64,000 nt of DNA from an uncultured Planctomycetaceae bacterium (GTDB lineage: Bacteria > Planctomycetota > Planctomycetia > Isosphaerales > Isosphaeraceae), in assembly GCA_963833985.1 (NCBI GenBank), contig CAWIAD010000002.1, forward strand, positions 4,672,001-4,736,000, given 5' to 3'. The notes below the pieces were generated by a model. The model worked only from the letters and a program-made list of their open reading frames with translations. It was not told where the DNA came from and did not search any database. Below are positions 40,963-50,512 of the stretch, piece after piece (the first letter of the stretch is position 1; each line of letters opens with the position of its first letter). Position numbers and translations under genes: made by a program.

Positions 40963-43900
40963 TTGGCAAGGCTCAGTTCGCTCACTGTCATCTTGATTCT
41001 CGGCGCATGGGGAGCGGCGGCGGAGGGTGCATCGCCCGATGACGCGGTCTCAGCGCCGGCCACAACGGCTCGCAAGCCTGCACCGGTACCACCAATCCGG
41101 TATCTCGAAGCGGGTTCACGACTGTTTAACAGCGGCAACTTCGAGCTGGCCGCGAAGTATCTCGACGCTGCTCAGATGTATCGGGATCAGCTCCAGCCGG
41201 ATGAACAGACCACGCTGGAGGCCTACCTGAAGGAACTGTCCAAGGTCAAGGCAACGGCCGTCCCTGAGGCGGCTGCCCCCACAGCGGCCGCACCCACAGC
41301 GGCCGCACCGACGACCGCCTCTGCGCCAGCGCCTGCTCCCGCCCCGGTCCCGGCGCAGGCCGTCCCGCAGCCAACCCAGGCCCTGCCGGCCGCGGACCCC
41401 GCCCGCGGGGGCAATGGCGATGTGGCCTTCACCCCGGACGTCAAGCAGCACGCTGTCTGGGTCTTGCACCAGGCCAGGGAGCAGCTTGGTCTGCGCAATT
41501 TCGACGCGGCCGAGAAGAAGCTGGCCGAGGTCGAGAGCATGGACGTGAAGTGGGGCCTGTTTGACGACACCCCCGCCAAGGTCCGCGCAGACATGGAGAA
41601 GGAGCGGCCCCACAACCTCGCGACGATGAGCAAGCCCGCGGAGACGCTGCCGCACAATCGCGAGACGGCCCGCAACCTGCTTCGCGAAGCTCGTACCGCG
41701 CTGGCGAAGCACGAGATCGATCAGGCCGAAGCACTCGCCCGGCAAGTCAAGGGCTGGAACCTGAGCTACAGCCTCTTCGGCGAGAACCCCGACAAGGTCC
41801 TGGCCGCGGCCCACGCCCTGCGCAAGCGTGACAAGATCCGAGACACGCCCGCGCGGGAGCGCCCCAGCCAGGGGGTTTATGACGTCCTGGTCCAGGAATC
41901 ACGGCAGCTCGTGAGGATGGGCAAGCTGGACGAGGCCGAGGCCAAGGCCATTCAGGCCCAGCGCATGAACGTCGTTCCCGCGCTTTCCACCGATCGTGCG
42001 GAAGCGGTACTCCACGACATCGCCATGGCCAAGGGTCGCCAGCAGCTCGCCGCGCCGGGCTCGATTCAGGGCGCTGAACCACCGTCGGCCCTGGTTGAAC
42101 GCGAGGCGAACAACCTTCTGGACAAGGGCGATCAGGCTCGTGCCGCCACCAAGTTCGCCGAGGCGGAGAAGCTCCGGGCCAGGGAAGCCGTGGCCTCCGC
42201 TGCCCCGGCGCTGGCCTCCGCAACTCCGGTTCTGGACCCGTCGCTCCAGAGGAGCTCGAGCCGTCCCGCCGAAGCAGCGGGTGAGCTGGCGCAGCCTGCC
42301 GCCGGGCCCGCGGCGCCTGGCCTGCCGGCCGAGCCCGCGGCAGCCGCGGCTGCCCCGCCCGTACTTGCTACCCAGCCCGGGCTTGAGGCTCCCGCCCCAG
42401 GCAACGCGCCCGTCGCACTGGCACCGGCCGACCCGCCGAAGGACGCTCCGACGGCGCCCACCCAGAACAAGCCCGACGCCCTCGTCGCACTGGCACCGGC
42501 CGACCCGCCGAAGGACGCCCCGACGGCGCCCGCCCAGAACAAGCCCGATGCCCCCGTTGCGCTGGCACCCGCCGAACCACCCGCTGACGCGGCCGCGCCC
42601 GCCGCGGACGCTCCCGCCCCGGCACCCGGCACCAAGGGTCAACAACTCCTCTCCGAGGCCAGGGCGCTGTACACCAGCGGAAACTATCCCGCGGCCCGAC
42701 AGTTGGCCGACGAAGCCAGGGCCAAGCATCTCGGCGTCGACGCCCAGGCCGACGAGCTGCTGGCACAGATTGGTCTGGTGGAACAGGGCGGGGCCCTGAG
42801 CCTCTACGAGTCCGCCCTGGCGGCGATGCGGGCGGGCGACAACCGCCGCGCCCGCGCTCTCTTGACCGAGGTTGCCGCGGCCGGCTCCTCGCTCGACGAG
42901 AACCTGCTGGCCAAGGTGCAGGAACTGCTCAAGTCGCTCGCGGCCACGAGCTCTCCCAAGGGCAAGGCCGTCGTCGGTGACAGAGCCGCGGCAATTCCCG
43001 ACGCCGATGCGCTCGCTGCCCAGAAGCTCAACGCCGATGTCGGCACCAGGATCGCCGAGGCCCGGCGGTACCAGGAAACGGACCCGGACAAGGCGATCGG
43101 CATGTACGAACAGACGATGAAGACTGTTCAGGCCGCCGAGCTCTCGCCCACGCTCAAGCGCCCCATGCTTCGGCGGCTGGAAGTCGCCCTCGAGCTGGCC
43201 AAGAAGGACAAGGTCTCCTACGAGCACAAGATGCAGAACAAGCAGGAGCGCGCCGAGATCGAGCTCAAGCGGCTGCGCATCCTCGAGGCCGACAAGGCGA
43301 AGAAGACCCGCCTCAAGGACCTGCTGGAGAAGGCCCAGAGGGCGTACGCCGAAGGGAAGCTGGAGGACGCCGAGGCCTACGCCAAGCGGGCCGCCGAGGT
43401 CGACCCCGACGAGGTGACCGCCACCGTGCTCGTGTTCAAGTCGCGCACCGAGCGGCACTACAAGCAAGACCTGGCAATCCGCGGGGCCAAGGACGAGGGA
43501 GCCCAGACCGCGTTCCAGGAAGTCGACCTCGCGAGCGTGGCCGACCCCGAGGTTCAGCTCAACAACATCAAGATGCCCAGGAACTTCAAGGAGCTGACTC
43601 GCGAGCGGCTGCGGATGAACGCCAGGCTGGAAATCAAGAAAGACCCGAAAGTGCTGGCCATCGAGGCCAAGCTCAAGGACTCGATCTCGCTGAACGTCGA
43701 CAAGCAGCCGCTCAGCGAGGCGATCACCTTCTTGCAGAACTACACCGGGCTGAACATCGTGCTGGACCCGAAGGCGCTCAGCGACGAGGGACTCACGTTT
43801 GCCTCACCGGTGTCGCTGACGGTGAACAACGTGCAGCTCAAGACCGCACTGAAGCTGCTGCTGCGGCCCCTGGGGCTGACGTACCGGGTTGAGGACGAGG

Positions 43901-45693
43901 TGCTGCTGATCACCAGCCCGAGCTCCGGCACGGCCCAGATGTATCCCAAGACGTACTACGTGGGCGACCTGATCATGCCGGTGAGCAAGGGCCCGGGGAA
44001 CGCACTGGCCCCGGTCTCCAGCCAGATCGGTGCCGGGCCAGGCTCCGCCGACGTGGCCGGCGCCATGGCCCAGGTGAGTGCCCTGGGCAACCCCACCCAG
44101 GGACCCGCATCGCCGAACATGAGCATTGCCACGGGCGAACGCCCACAGGTGGACATGACGCCGCTGATCCAGCTCATCACCACCTCGATCGCTCCGGGCA
44201 CCTGGCGCGTGCAGGACTCCGCGGGCCAGGACATCTCGCCGGCGTACGGCCTGGGCCAGGGCTTTGGTGCACCGGCCGGCGGCGGTGGCGGAGCAGGCGG
44301 AGGACTGGGAGACGCCACGGAACGGCCGCCCGGTGCGATCATTCCGTTCTTCCTGAGCATCAGCTTGATCATTCGCCATACGGCCGAGGTCCATGAGCAG
44401 GTTGCCGACCTGCTCCGCCAGCTCCGCCGGCTCCAGGACCTTCAGGTCGCCATCGAGGTGCGGTTCATCACCGTGAGCGACAACTTCTTCGAGCAGATCG
44501 GCGTCGACTTCGACTTCCAGATCCTCTCGAAATCCGTTGGCAAGCACTCCACGTGGGCCTTCCCCAACCCTGCGGCTGAGCTCATCGGCGTGCCGGGCAC
44601 GCCCACGGCCGGTGGCACGGCCGGCACCACGGGCGGCGGCGTCGGCGGCGCCGGCGGTGCCGCGGGTGGAACCACCGGTGGCCTCGGCGGCGGTGCCGCG
44701 GGCGGCGGCCTCGGCGGCGGCGGCGGCGGCGGACTCGGCGGCGGTGCCGCGGGCGGCACCATCGGCGGTACCGGAGGCGTGGCGGGAGCAGGCGGTGCCG
44801 CGGGCGGTGCCGCCGGCGGCGCCGCCGGCGGCGGCGGCGCCGGGGGTACCTCGACCCCGGCTTACCTGGTCAATCCGGTCCGCGATTACGCCTATGGCAA
44901 CCGAACCCCGATCGTCGTCGGCACGGCGGGAGGCGGGTTGCAGAACTTCTCCAACAATCTGGCGATCCCCTTCAATAACACGAATGCCTCGCTGATCGCG
45001 CCCACCAATGCCATCCCCGGCTCGGGCGCCACGCTCGGCCTGGCCTTCCTGAGCGACCTGGAGGTCTACTTCTTCCTCACGGCCGCGCAGGGCGATACCC
45101 GCGCCAACGTGCTGCAAGCGCCGAAGATCACCACGTTCAATGGTGCCTCGGCCACCATCCTGAACGCCCAGTTGCAGTGGTACATCTCGACCCTGACGCC
45201 GGTCGTCGGTCCCGGATCGGTGGCCTTCGTGCCATCGCCGGCACCGCTGCCCAACGGCGTGGTCTTGACCGTCACGCCGGTCGTTTCGGCTGACCGCCGC
45301 TACGTCCGCATGACGCTCTCGCCGACGTTCAACACGATCTCGGGCTTCACCACGATCCAGGTTCCAGCGGCCGTCGGCGGTAGCGGTCTGGGTGGTGGCG
45401 CCGCAAGCATCAACGCCACGCTCCAGCTGCCCCAGACGAACACCACCCTGGTGACCACGACCGTCACGGTCCCCGACGGCGGCACGGTGCTCCTGGGCGG
45501 CGTCAAGCAGCTCAACGAGCAGCGCCTGGAGTACGGCGTGCCGGTTCTCTCCAAGGTGCCCTGGATTGACCGCCTCTTCCGGAATGTCGGGATCGGCCGG
45601 ATCACCACCAGCCTGATGCTCATGGTCACGCCCCGCATCATCATCCTGGAGGAGGAAGAGGAAAAACTCGGCATCCCGTCCACCGCCCTCTGA
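40963..45693 (+). CDS. Giant secretin (GspD/PilQ family) with helical-repeat N-terminus
   Basis: QVAIEVRFITV, NVLQAPKITTFNG, VTPVVSADRRYVRM, TVTVPDGGTVLLGG, VPVLSKVPWIDRLF, LMVTPRII; TTG start after AAGGAGG. Confidence 0.9.
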   Translation: MARLSSLTVILILGAWGAAAEGASPDDAVSAPATTARKPAPVPPIRYLEAGSRLFNSGNFELAAKYLDAAQMYRDQLQPDEQTTLEAYLKELSKVKATAVPEAAAPTAAAPTAAAPTTASAPAPAPAPVPAQAVPQPTQALPAADPARGGNGDVAFTPDVKQHAVWVLHQAREQLGLRNFDAAEKKLAEVESMDVKWGLFDDTPAKVRADMEKERPHNLATMSKPAETLPHNRETARNLLREARTALAKHEIDQAEALARQVKGWNLSYSLFGENPDKVLAAAHALRKRDKIRDTPARERPSQGVYDVLVQESRQLVRMGKLDEAEAKAIQAQRMNVVPALSTDRAEAVLHDIAMAKGRQQLAAPGSIQGAEPPSALVEREANNLLDKGDQARAATKFAEAEKLRAREAVASAAPALASATPVLDPSLQRSSSRPAEAAGELAQPAAGPAAPGLPAEPAAAAAAPPVLATQPGLEAPAPGNAPVALAPADPPKDAPTAPTQNKPDALVALAPADPPKDAPTAPAQNKPDAPVALAPAEPPADAAAPAADAPAPAPGTKGQQLLSEARALYTSGNYPAARQLADEARAKHLGVDAQADELLAQIGLVEQGGALSLYESALAAMRAGDNRRARALLTEVAAAGSSLDENLLAKVQELLKSLAATSSPKGKAVVGDRAAAIPDADALAAQKLNADVGTRIAEARRYQETDPDKAIGMYEQTMKTVQAAELSPTLKRPMLRRLEVALELAKKDKVSYEHKMQNKQERAEIELKRLRILEADKAKKTRLKDLLEKAQRAYAEGKLEDAEAYAKRAAEVDPDEVTATVLVFKSRTERHYKQDLAIRGAKDEGAQTAFQEVDLASVADPEVQLNNIKMPRNFKELTRERLRMNARLEIKKDPKVLAIEAKLKDSISLNVDKQPLSEAITFLQNYTGLNIVLDPKALSDEGLTFASPVSLTVNNVQLKTALKLLLRPLGLTYRVEDEVLLITSPSSGTAQMYPKTYYVGDLIMPVSKGPGNALAPVSSQIGAGPGSADVAGAMAQVSALGNPTQGPASPNMSIATGERPQVDMTPLIQLITTSIAPGTWRVQDSAGQDISPAYGLGQGFGAPAGGGGGAGGGLGDATERPPGAIIPFFLSISLIIRHTAEVHEQVADLLRQLRRLQDLQVAIEVRFITVSDNFFEQIGVDFDFQILSKSVGKHSTWAFPNPAAELIGVPGTPTAGGTAGTTGGGVGGAGGAAGGTTGGLGGGAAGGGLGGGGGGGLGGGAAGGTIGGTGGVAGAGGAAGGAAGGAAGGGGAGGTSTPAYLVNPVRDYAYGNRTPIVVGTAGGGLQNFSNNLAIPFNNTNASLIAPTNAIPGSGATLGLAFLSDLEVYFFLTAAQGDTRANVLQAPKITTFNGASATILNAQLQWYISTLTPVVGPGSVAFVPSPAPLPNGVVLTVTPVVSADRRYVRMTLSPTFNTISGFTTIQVPAAVGGSGLGGGAASINATLQLPQTNTTLVTTTVTVPDGGTVLLGGVKQLNEQRLEYGVPVLSKVPWIDRLFRNVGIGRITTSLMLMVTPRIIILEEEEEKLGIPSTAL
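42406..42582 (+). repeat. 72-bp intragenic tandem repeat (~2.4 copies) in the secretin linker
   Basis: APVALAPADPPKDAPTAPTQNKPD units start at 42406, 42478 and 42550. Confidence 0.85.
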
Positions 45694-45897
45694 GCCTCGC
45701 GGCCAACGAGGTGGACCTTCGCTGACGTTGCTGGGCCGCCGGAGATTCCCTCCGGCGGCCCATCGTCGTTCCCCGGCGCAGCGATTTCTCTTGAACAATC
45801 CCGAGCGCTCGATGATGCTACGAGCAGACCCCTGCCGGGATCCCCCCCGCCGCGACGAGCCCGGGCGATCCGGCCGGAACGAAATCGCGAGAGCTCC

Positions 45898-46590
45898 ATG
45901 GCCATCTTGCTTTGCTTCCTGTGCCTGCTGAACGTGGGCGGCCCGCTGCCCCGGGACGAGCCCTCCCAGCGCCCCGGCGCCACCATGATGGAACCCGACC
46001 CGCACTGGAAGTCGCTCGGGCGCAGCCTCTGGTTCGACCCGGAAAAGAAGCAGCTCATCATCCGCGCACGGGTCGTGCTACGCGAGGGGCAACTGGAACA
46101 CCTGCTGAGCATCAAGGGATTCAAGGATCACGAGTCGATCCTGGGGACCGACGCCGAGCCCTGGCAGATCCACACCGGCTTGCTCCTGACCGGCGCCGAG
46201 CCGGGACACCCTGCCCGGTTCGAGCCAAAGTTCGAGGCCCCCACCGGCGCGCCCATCACGATCGAACTGCTCTGGATCGCCGCGGGGAAACCCGCTCTCA
46301 CCGACGCGCGGACCTGGGTCAAGGATGAGAAGACCGGCAAGCCGCTGGCGCGGCGGTGGGTGTTCGCCGGCAGCGACTTCTATGACGACCCGATCCGCAA
46401 GAAGCGGGTCTACGCCGCCGAGGATGGCAACCTCATCACTGTCGCCAATTTCGGCAGCTCCATCCTCGACCTGCCCCTGGCAAGCTCGTCGGATAACGCG
46501 GAGCGGGTTTATTCCGCCAACACGGCGCAAGTGCCGGCGCTGGGCACCGAGGTGTTTTTGCGACTTGGCCCCGCGCGCCGGAACCGGTGA
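45898..46590 (+). CDS. YdjY-like domain protein
   Basis: LEHLL...KDHESIL, IHTGLLLTGAEPG, WVFAGS, LITVANF pattern. Confidence 0.65.
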   Translation: MAILLCFLCLLNVGGPLPRDEPSQRPGATMMEPDPHWKSLGRSLWFDPEKKQLIIRARVVLREGQLEHLLSIKGFKDHESILGTDAEPWQIHTGLLLTGAEPGHPARFEPKFEAPTGAPITIELLWIAAGKPALTDARTWVKDEKTGKPLARRWVFAGSDFYDDPIRKKRVYAAEDGNLITVANFGSSILDLPLASSSDNAERVYSANTAQVPALGTEVFLRLGPARRNR

Positions 46591-46622
46591 AGCAAACGCC
46601 GTAGCCGACGTCACCACTTTGT

Positions 46623-46847
46623 CTATTCGCACCGCAGGGCGCACCAGAGCCCCAGAGGGTGAAACTGGGCGTCCGCGGGACGCTCCTTGAGTCGCTCCCA
46701 TTCCTCAACGGACCAGATTAACAACGTGGCCGGAAATCCATTGATCCGCCACCGCAACGTCGGGGTCGCGGGTTGCTCATCCCTGAAGACATGCAGGTGG
46801 ACTGCGTGATGACGAGTCGGCATGCACGCACACGGAATCTTGCTCAT
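46623..46847 (-). CDS. Small hypothetical protein
   Basis: GGAGG upstream; LLIWSVEEWERL...DAQFHPLGLWCALR looks protein-like. Confidence 0.55.
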   Translation of the reverse strand: MSKIPCACMPTRHHAVHLHVFRDEQPATPTLRWRINGFPATLLIWSVEEWERLKERPADAQFHPLGLWCALRCE

Positions 46848-47248
46848 CGCGTGTTCCTCCTCGAACTCGATGGGTCCTCATTGACCATGGTCGATCGCCG
46901 GGCATGGGTCAGGCGGGGTTCATGAAATGAGCGGTGTCATGGTCACGGAATCGTTCGACTGCCCGCGCTGGCGTCCTCCAGACCGGACCGCCACTCGTCA
47001 AGACTCAACGCCAATCCATCATCGATTCACGACTGAGCCGACGAACCTACGCATGCATGCAGCTTGTTCCGTACTCCAGGCAGGGAAAGATCGAATGTGC
47101 TGGCTCCCATGAACGCTCATTCCATGTAGCCTCTATTCTATTGCTTTATAAAACAGGTTCGTCAAGTGATGAGTGCTTGTTTTTCTTGATCTGGCGGTAA
47201 GTACGCCAACGCGGCCGATACAACTGTTGTGTCCGGAGTGCTCGTCGG

Positions 47249-48166
47249 ATGCTGCCATCGGGATTGCTTTCCACCAGGGAGTTGACCAAGGCTTATGGAG
47301 ACTTCATCGCGTTGCGGCAGCTTTCGCTGGACGTGAGGCAAGGCGAAGTTTTCGGGCTGCTTGGTCCCAACGGCTCGGGCAAGACGACGACGATCCGGCT
47401 GCTCCTGGGGCTCTTGCGTCCCACGCAGGGCTCCGCGAGCATTTTTGGGCTCGACTGCTGGCGGCAGAGTGTGCAGGTCCGCCGGCTGGTCTCGTACCTG
47501 CCTGGCGAATTGCGGATGTACGGATCGATGACGGGACTGGCCGTCTTGCGCTTCCTTTCCGACCTCCGCGACGGCGACGGTATCGACAGGGCGGTCGCCA
47601 TCGCCGAGCAGGTGATGGCGCTGAATCTGAACAAGAAGGTGCGTGCCTATTCCACGGGCATGAAGCAGAAACTGGCACTCGCCCTGGCGTTCTCTGACCC
47701 TGTGGACATCCTCATTCTCGATGAACCGACCTCGGCGCTGGACCCGTCGGCCCGCGGAGACGTGCTGCGACTGGTACGCGAGGCGCGATCGCAGGGGCAG
47801 ACCGTGATCTTCTCCGGCCACGTCCTCTCGGAGGTGGAGGCGGTCGCTGATCGCGTGGCCATCCTGCGCCGGGGTCGCCTCATGCACATCGAGGACATGC
47901 ACGCCCGGCGCAGCCTGCGGATGCTCTTGATCCGGTTCGCCAACGAGGTCCCGGCCGCGCTCCCGGCGGAACTCGATCTCGCGATCCGGGAACAGAACGG
48001 CACGACCCTCTTGCTGGAGCATCGCGGTCCGCTCGGTCCCCTGCTGCACTGGCTGAGCGTCGAGCCGGTCGCCGACCTCGCCATCGGCACCGAGGACCTG
48101 TCGAGCCTTTACAACCAGTATCACGGGGCCGAGGCTAAAGACGACGACATGGAGCCGCTGCTGTGA
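47249..48166 (+). CDS. ABC transporter ATP-binding protein
   Basis: GPNGSGKTT, YSTGMKQK, ILDEPT, SGH. Confidence 0.95.
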   Translation: MLPSGLLSTRELTKAYGDFIALRQLSLDVRQGEVFGLLGPNGSGKTTTIRLLLGLLRPTQGSASIFGLDCWRQSVQVRRLVSYLPGELRMYGSMTGLAVLRFLSDLRDGDGIDRAVAIAEQVMALNLNKKVRAYSTGMKQKLALALAFSDPVDILILDEPTSALDPSARGDVLRLVREARSQGQTVIFSGHVLSEVEAVADRVAILRRGRLMHIEDMHARRSLRMLLIRFANEVPAALPAELDLAIREQNGTTLLLEHRGPLGPLLHWLSVEPVADLAIGTEDLSSLYNQYHGAEAKDDDMEPLL

Positions 48167-48999
48167 GACCTTTCTTCGCGTTATTGCGCAAGCACCTGCA
48201 CGACACGCGCGGCACCCTGGCCCTCTCCGGGGCCGTGCTCTTTGCCCTCGGCTGGCTGTTCGTCTTCGTGACCTCGCTGAACGAGGCCGAGATCCTCAAG
48301 GCGCTCGCCTCGGAGGGTGAAGAAAGCCGCTTCCGGTGGATCCGGAACCTGGGCCTGGCCGAGCAGCCGTCGTCCGTCTCGATCATGATGAGCTTCTGGG
48401 CCCATCCCTTCATCATCGCGATCATCGGCTTCTGGGCCATCGGGCGCGGCTCGATTGCCGTCGGTGCCGAGGTGGAGCGCGGCACGCTCGACCTGATCCT
48501 CTCCCGGCCGGTCTCGCGCAGCTCGTACCTGCTGAGCCACGTGCTGATGGCCATTTGCGGACTGCTGGTGCTGGGCCTTGCCCTGGCCTGCGGAGCCCGC
48601 GTTGGCGCCCACTACAACTTCCTCCGCGTTCCCATCGATACCTGGACGCTCGTCAAGCCCGCGTTCAACCTGGCCGTGCTGGGCCTGCCGATCTACGGCT
48701 ACACGCTGCTGGCGTCGTCGCTCGATCACGTCCGCTGGCGTCCCATGATGTTCGGATCCGCGCTGACGATGGCCATGTTCATCGCCTGGGTGGTCTCGGT
48801 GATCCCGGTCCTCCAGAAGTACACCTGGCGAAGCTATCTCGAGCGAGTGACGATCTTCAAGCTTTACAACCCCGTCGACGCCGTCACCACCGCCGAGAAG
48901 CTCAACTTCAACCTTGCCGTCCTCGCCGCCCTCGGCCTGGCCTGCGTCATCCTCGCCTTCCTTGCCTTCGTGCGCCGCGACCTGCCGGCGAACGGATAA
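48163..48999 (+). CDS. ABC-2 type permease
   Basis: GAEVERGTLDLILSRPVSR motif; about six TM helices; FVRRDL end. Confidence 0.9.
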   Translation: MRPFFALLRKHLHDTRGTLALSGAVLFALGWLFVFVTSLNEAEILKALASEGEESRFRWIRNLGLAEQPSSVSIMMSFWAHPFIIAIIGFWAIGRGSIAVGAEVERGTLDLILSRPVSRSSYLLSHVLMAICGLLVLGLALACGARVGAHYNFLRVPIDTWTLVKPAFNLAVLGLPIYGYTLLASSLDHVRWRPMMFGSALTMAMFIAWVVSVIPVLQKYTWRSYLERVTIFKLYNPVDAVTTAEKLNFNLAVLAALGLACVILAFLAFVRRDLPANG

Positions 49000-49060
49000 A
49001 CGAAGGCGACGGCGCGCTTTGGCTCACGCAATTCCCGGGAAATCCGTACCGAGGGGCGGA

Positions 49061-49094
49061 CGGGGTCAGACCCCGCGAAGCAGGTCTGACCCCG
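49061..49094. repeat. REP-like palindrome GGGGTCAGACC...GGTCTGACCCC
   Basis: Hairpin; degenerate second copy at 50392-50419. Confidence 0.6.
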
Positions 49095-49385
49095 CAAAGC
49101 AGACTCCGCGAAGCAGGGGTGCGGTGCCGGAATGAGAATGGACTTGCGTCGCTGATCCTCGTTTTGCGTTTTGGTACACTGAATAGGTTGGATCGGAGAT
49201 TGAACTTCGAGTTTCGTCATGGGGCGCGCTTTGCGCTGCAAGGAAATCGCCATCCGGACCGACCGGTACCATCATCACGTCCAATGGACCGACCCGCGTA
49301 TTCATGAGCAGAAAAGGAAGGCGCTTTGGCGACCCGGCTCGATAGGGACAACTGAGACGGCCCGAGAATCGAGGAGGCAAGCGAG

Positions 49386-49826
49386 ATGGCAACAGGGGAT
49401 GTCAGGGCGACGGACCTGCCGCCGGAGGTCGACAACTGGCTGGAGCTACTGAATGGTTTAGTAGATAACGTCAAGACATGGGCGGAGGCAGCCGGTTGGG
49501 AGACCCGCCTGACCGGCAGGGACGTTCACGAAAACGGTGTCGTCCGATACGAGGTCCCGGTCCTGGTGCTGAACCGCGACGAAGCCGAGGTCTCGCTGGT
49601 CCCCGTTGCCCGCAAGGTTCCCGGGGCCGATGGCCTGGTCGACTTCTATTTGATGCCAGACTTCGACGACGTGGCCAGCCTCTACCGGGAAACAGGCCAG
49701 TGGTTCTTTCACTACGCTTTCCACCCCGACCCGAGGGAGACCCATTCGGTGATCGAGACCGAACGGTTCCTCCTGGACGAAGCAAGCCTCATTCGCGTGC
49801 TGAACGACATCGCCGCCCATGCCTAA
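49386..49826 (+). CDS. Hypothetical protein, partner of the HEPN-like gene
   Basis: GGAGG RBS; overlaps the next start by 8 nt. Confidence 0.7.
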   Translation: MATGDVRATDLPPEVDNWLELLNGLVDNVKTWAEAAGWETRLTGRDVHENGVVRYEVPVLVLNRDEAEVSLVPVARKVPGADGLVDFYLMPDFDDVASLYRETGQWFFHYAFHPDPRETHSVIETERFLLDEASLIRVLNDIAAHA

Positions 49827-50301
49827 CCTCTACAGCGTGCGGTTCAAAATCGACGAGGCGTTCGCCGAGTACAAGGTTGCTTTGACGGCGCTGACCCGCT
49901 TCCAGGCGGGCGTCCAGAGCGCCCAGCCGGATTTCTCGTTGCCCAAAGGGACGCAGCCGCACCACCTCGACCGGGCTGTCGAGGAACTGGAAGGCACGTA
50001 CCTGATCCGGATGTGGGCTGTTTTCGAAGCGGCCTGGGTGTCGTTCTGGCGGCACCACTCCGGCCGTCTGGGCACAATCAAGGCGATGCATCTGATCCAG
50101 TGGGCGCAAGGTGTCGAGGAGGGCCACAAGGCTGCCGACGATGTCACGGACGACGTCGACCGGGTCCGCCTGTACCGGAACTTCCTGGTTCACGGCGATA
50201 ACCTGGCACCGCGCGTGGCTATCGGGGACGCCAAGAAGTACCTCAACAGGCACCTTGTCAAGCTACCCGACCACTGGCCCGGGGCGGACGACGACGACTG
50301 A
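49819..50301 (+). CDS. HEPN-like helical protein
   Basis: YLIRMWAVFE N-terminal helix and RNFLVH (R-x4-H) motif. Confidence 0.6.
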   Translation: MPNLYSVRFKIDEAFAEYKVALTALTRFQAGVQSAQPDFSLPKGTQPHHLDRAVEELEGTYLIRMWAVFEAAWVSFWRHHSGRLGTIKAMHLIQWAQGVEEGHKAADDVTDDVDRVRLYRNFLVHGDNLAPRVAIGDAKKYLNRHLVKLPDHWPGADDDD

Positions 50302-50430
50302 TCTCCCGGTTGACACACGTCAAGAGACGCAACCCTTCGCCCGCATTTCTCACTCATATCATTCGGACTGAGTTGAGGCAGTGCGGCAGATGGGGTCTGG
50401 CAGATATGGTCTGACCCCGTGAAGCATTAA

Positions 50431-50504
50431 TCTCCGCGTACCTGGCGGAGAAAGAACTTGTCCATGCGGAGGATAGGTGCTATTATGTCCGCAGAGAATG
50501 CGGA
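50431..50504. promoter_or_regulatory. Two palindromic operator-like sites TCCGC-N7-GCGGA upstream of the Fic gene
   Basis: 50431-50451 (TCTCCGC-N7-GCGGAGA) and 50488-50504. Confidence 0.5.
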
Positions 50505-50512
50505 GAATAGCG

